Source: an uncultured Planctomycetota bacterium
GTDB taxonomy: Bacteria; Planctomycetota; Planctomycetia; Isosphaerales; Isosphaeraceae
DNA: 64,000 nucleotides
Assembly: GCA_963845755.1 (NCBI GenBank)
Contig: CAWJTV010000041.1
Location: forward strand, 480,001-544,000
Reading direction: 5' to 3'
Below, piece after piece: positions 61,031 to 64,000 of this stretch; position 1 is the stretch's first letter; every line of letters begins with the position of its first letter. The position numbers were made by a program, and so were the translations under genes. The notes beneath the pieces were generated by a model. The model made no database searches and was not told where the DNA came from. It worked only from the letters and a program-made list of their open reading frames with translations.

Positions 61031-63281
61031 CTATACAAGACCGATGACCTTCCGGCCTACCCAGAACACGCCCAGGAGTCCGATCAGCGCCGCCCCGAGC
61101 GCGGGATGGGCCCAGAGCGGGATCCGGCGCACCGAGGGTGGCGGGTCGGGCAGCTCGGAGAGCGACTGCACGACCTGGTCGATCTTGCTGGGATCGATGA
61201 CCTTGCCGCCGGTGACCCGGGCGAGTTCTTCGAGCACCTCCGGGCGGGCGGGCCGACCCGGCCGCTCGGCCGCCACGCCCTGGACGAAGAACGTGGTTTC
61301 CAGCGTCGCGGCGGTCTGCTTGCAGAAGAGCGTCACCTTGTGACTGCCCCCCTCTTCGGCGAGGAATCGGCCGGTGAACTCGCCCCACTCGTCGCCGGTC
61401 GTCGTGAGATGGACCAGCTCGGCCTTGCCCGACGGGGCCGCGATCCGCGCCGTGACGTCACCTTGATGGAGCGGCTCGCCGCTCCGATCCATGACGTTGG
61501 CGTGCAGGGCCAGGATCTGGTTCCGCTTCGGCTGATCGGGAACGTAGTAGAACCGCATCGTCTCGCCCTTGGCCATGTTCCGCTGATAGGCCATCCAGCG
61601 CACGACCTGGCCCCAGAACCGGTAGTGGTACTTGTCCTCGACCCCTTTCCGCCAACGCCAGGCGCCGTCGGTCCCCATGAAGAGCACCTTGCCGGCGCCG
61701 AAGGTCCGCGTGACCAGGAGCGGCATCCGACCGTAGTCGTTGGAGACATCCTTATGGACGCAGAGCACCTCGCTGCCCGCCTTAGCGCGGAGCACCGGCG
61801 CATACCACTGGAAGCCCGGCAGACCTTCCCAGACCTGGGCGTTATCGTCCTCGGTGTCGGCAAGCTTGGTGAGCAAGCTGCGCCGGCCCGTCTCGGTCAA
61901 TTCGAAGTGATTGGGCGTGCGCGAGCCCCAACCGCTGGGCTGGGACGTATCCATCACGACCGGGCAGAGATCCTCCAGCTCCGTTTCCAGCAGCGTGAAC
62001 TCACGCCCATGCATGCCCGGCATGAACACCAGCCCGCTGGCCTGGTGCTCGACGATCCCCTTGATCAGCCGGCACTGCTCGACCGTCAACTGGCCGTCGT
62101 CGACCCCGACATCGCCGAGGAAGACCACATCGAACTTCGAAAGCTCATCCAGGCCGGCGGGGAACTGTTTGATGTAATCCTTGTTGCCGCCGCCGGGTTT
62201 GCTGAGGCCCGGGTGGAACAGCAGGCAGGAGAGCTCGACGCCGGGGTCGCGCGACAGAGCATTCCGCAAGTATCGGTATTCCCACCGCGGGTACGACTCG
62301 ACGAGCAGGACGCGGAGCTTCTCCTCGCGGATGGCGATCGGTGCCGAGAGCGTGTTGTTCTCGGTGGAGATCTCGTCGCCATGCTTGGGGATCGAGAGCG
62401 TCAGGGTGAAATCGCCGATGGCCTTGGGCCGCCAGACGAGCCAGTCGCTGGTCCGGCTCATCGGGGCGATCCGCACGTCGCGAGAGACCGAATCGCCGTC
62501 GGAGGTCTTGAGTGTGACGGTGGTGAGGTATTCGCGCGGCAGCGAGCTGTCGATCGTGAACGGGATCCGGACGGACTTGCCCGTCACGCCGAACGTCGGC
62601 AGGTCGAGGCTCAGCAGCTCGACGTCGGGCAACCGGGTGCGGCTCCCCGCCGGCACGGCGAGGATCGGCACGCCCTTGACCCGGAGCCGGGCGGCGGCTT
62701 GCACCGGGGGCTGGCCCTCGTTCCAGTCGCCATCCGAGGCCAGGACGATCCCGCGCAGGTTGGAGATTCGCTCCTGCGCGGGCCAGCGGGTCGTAAAGGT
62801 CGGTACCTTGACCGGTCCGACTCGCCGTGGAGGCACTCGGATCCGAGGTCGATCCGGGATTGATGGAAGGTGCCGAAAACGGCTGGATGATGACGTTCAT
62901 CCGCGCCCGGATCCGATCCCAGGCCGCGGGGTCGACCAGGGGCGCGACGGCCTCGCGGCGCGTCGTCGCCGTGGGACTCGGCTGGTCGGCCTGGACGACG
63001 TCGCGCGTCTCCATGCTCGGCGATGCGTCCCAGAGGACGGCGATCGTCGGCTTCTCTTGCGGGCGGAATTCTTCGATCCACTCCGGCTGGTTGAGCATCA
63101 CCGCGACGGTCGCGACCAGGGCCAGCCGCAACAGCTCGAGCAGTCCCATCGAGAACCGATAGCCGCTGCGGCGCCAGGCGACGAAGCTGTATCCGGCCGT
63201 GAGCAGCACGGCCATCAGCGAGAGGGCCAACGTCCATGGTGTCCAGAGGAATGTAAGCGATCGAGTCACGCTTGTCGTCAT
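61031..63281 (-). CDS. Membrane protein with vWA and class-I GATase-like domains; frameshift near 62775
   Basis: Two N-terminal TMs, LWDASPSM (MIDAS DxSxS), VLASDG..N, PRWEYRYLRNAL.RD, DVVFLGDV, WRWR, FWGQVVRW, C-terminal TM. Confidence 0.85.
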
Positions 63282-64000
63282 AAGGCGGCTCCGCTCGAAC
63301 GCACTCGTTTGGGGAGACAGAGTCCCGCTTCGATGACCATGGCTACGAGCATGGCGGTCAGGAACATCCGCCAGATTTCCTGGATGAGGGAGCTCATGCT
63401 GCCGGCGCGGTCGTCGACGCGGGCGAAGTCGAGCCCGCGGAAGAGGTCATCCACGCGCCGATCGGCCAGGACCGCGGCCGATTCTTCCGCGGCTGATCGG
63501 TTCACGGCGAGCAGCCGGTCGCTCGAGGCATAGACGCCGCGATGGGCGGCGAATTCGGTCGAGATCCCTTCCTCGCCGCCGGCCACGCGCTCCCAATGAA
63601 CGGGATCCTCCCGCAATGGCTCGCCGGCTGTGAGTTGTCGCGTGCTGCCCAGGGCCGAGGCGCCGGCGGCCATCGCTCGCTGCACCAGGACATACAGGAC
63701 CACGCCGTTGGCCGCCATCGAGGAATCGCCGCTCGCCGCCGTCGTGGCGCAGAAATACGTGCCACCGCCGTCGGTCGTCGCCCGCGCCAGCAGCGGGGCA
63801 CCGCCCCGCAAGGTGGCCAGCGCCGTCAGCTCGCCGCCCGAGAGCCCGCACGCGCGCCGGACCTGGATCTGCCCGACCGGCAGCGGGGCACCGCTTTGGG
63901 TGTGGGAGAGCAGGTCCTGGTCGCCCCGCCAGCCTTCGACGGGAGCCTCCGCCTTCACCTCCTGCCAAGACGTCCACTTCACGCCGGAAACTTCGCCCTT
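63278..64000 (-). CDS. C-terminal part of a probable BatA-domain/vWA operon membrane protein (continues beyond the window)
   Basis: AVNR.A.ES, EIWR.FL.AML..MV.EA.L C-terminal TM motif; ATGA overlap with the next gene. Confidence 0.7.
   Translation of the reverse strand, partial: KGEVSGVKWTSWQEVKAEAPVEGWRGDQDLLSHTQSGAPLPVGQIQVRRACGLSGGELTALATLRGGAPLLARATTDGGGTYFCATTAASGDSSMAANGVVLYVLVQRAMAAGASALGSTRQLTAGEPLREDPVHWERVAGGEEGISTEFAAHRGVYASSDRLLAVNRSAAEESAAVLADRRVDDLFRGLDFARVDDRAGSMSSLIQEIWRMFLTAMLVAMVIEAGLCLPKRVRSSGAAL

Noticed and set aside
59416..61099. Classical integron with attC sites, or a prophage att pair
   Set aside because: The repeats are not palindromic RYYYAAC/GTTRRRY sites and no tyrosine or serine recombinase is in the window.

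Overview
High-GC chromosomal segment most consistent with a planctomycete of the Isosphaeraceae type. This is inferred from the ECF sigma/Ser-Thr kinase pair, DUF4058, the ISAzo13 transposase, the BatA/vWA/prenyltransferase-repeat operon and the Pro/Gly-rich IF2. Core genes: fdxA, queE, tatD-fur, nusA-infB-rbfA, dnaK-clpB (near-consensus sigma54 promoter), rmlA/rmlB, folK and gnd. Accessory content: a glycosylation cluster, two complete IS elements, two IS/transposon remnants, a 197-bp MITE, many REP/REPIN-type palindromes and inverted heptamer repeats. About 13 single-base frameshifts, one in essential infB, are best explained as long-read indel errors. Most notable: (i) a cassette-like array at 59.5-61.1 kb in which diverged copies of the 3' end of a vWA/GATase gene separate two-gene modules (hicAB and an unknown Cys-rich pair), with no integrase in view; (ii) six tandem paralogous secreted LTxxQ-type helical proteins inside the same operon; (iii) a multi-layer nest of small mobile elements at 21.1-22.0 kb. 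No rRNA, tRNA or CRISPR array was recognised.
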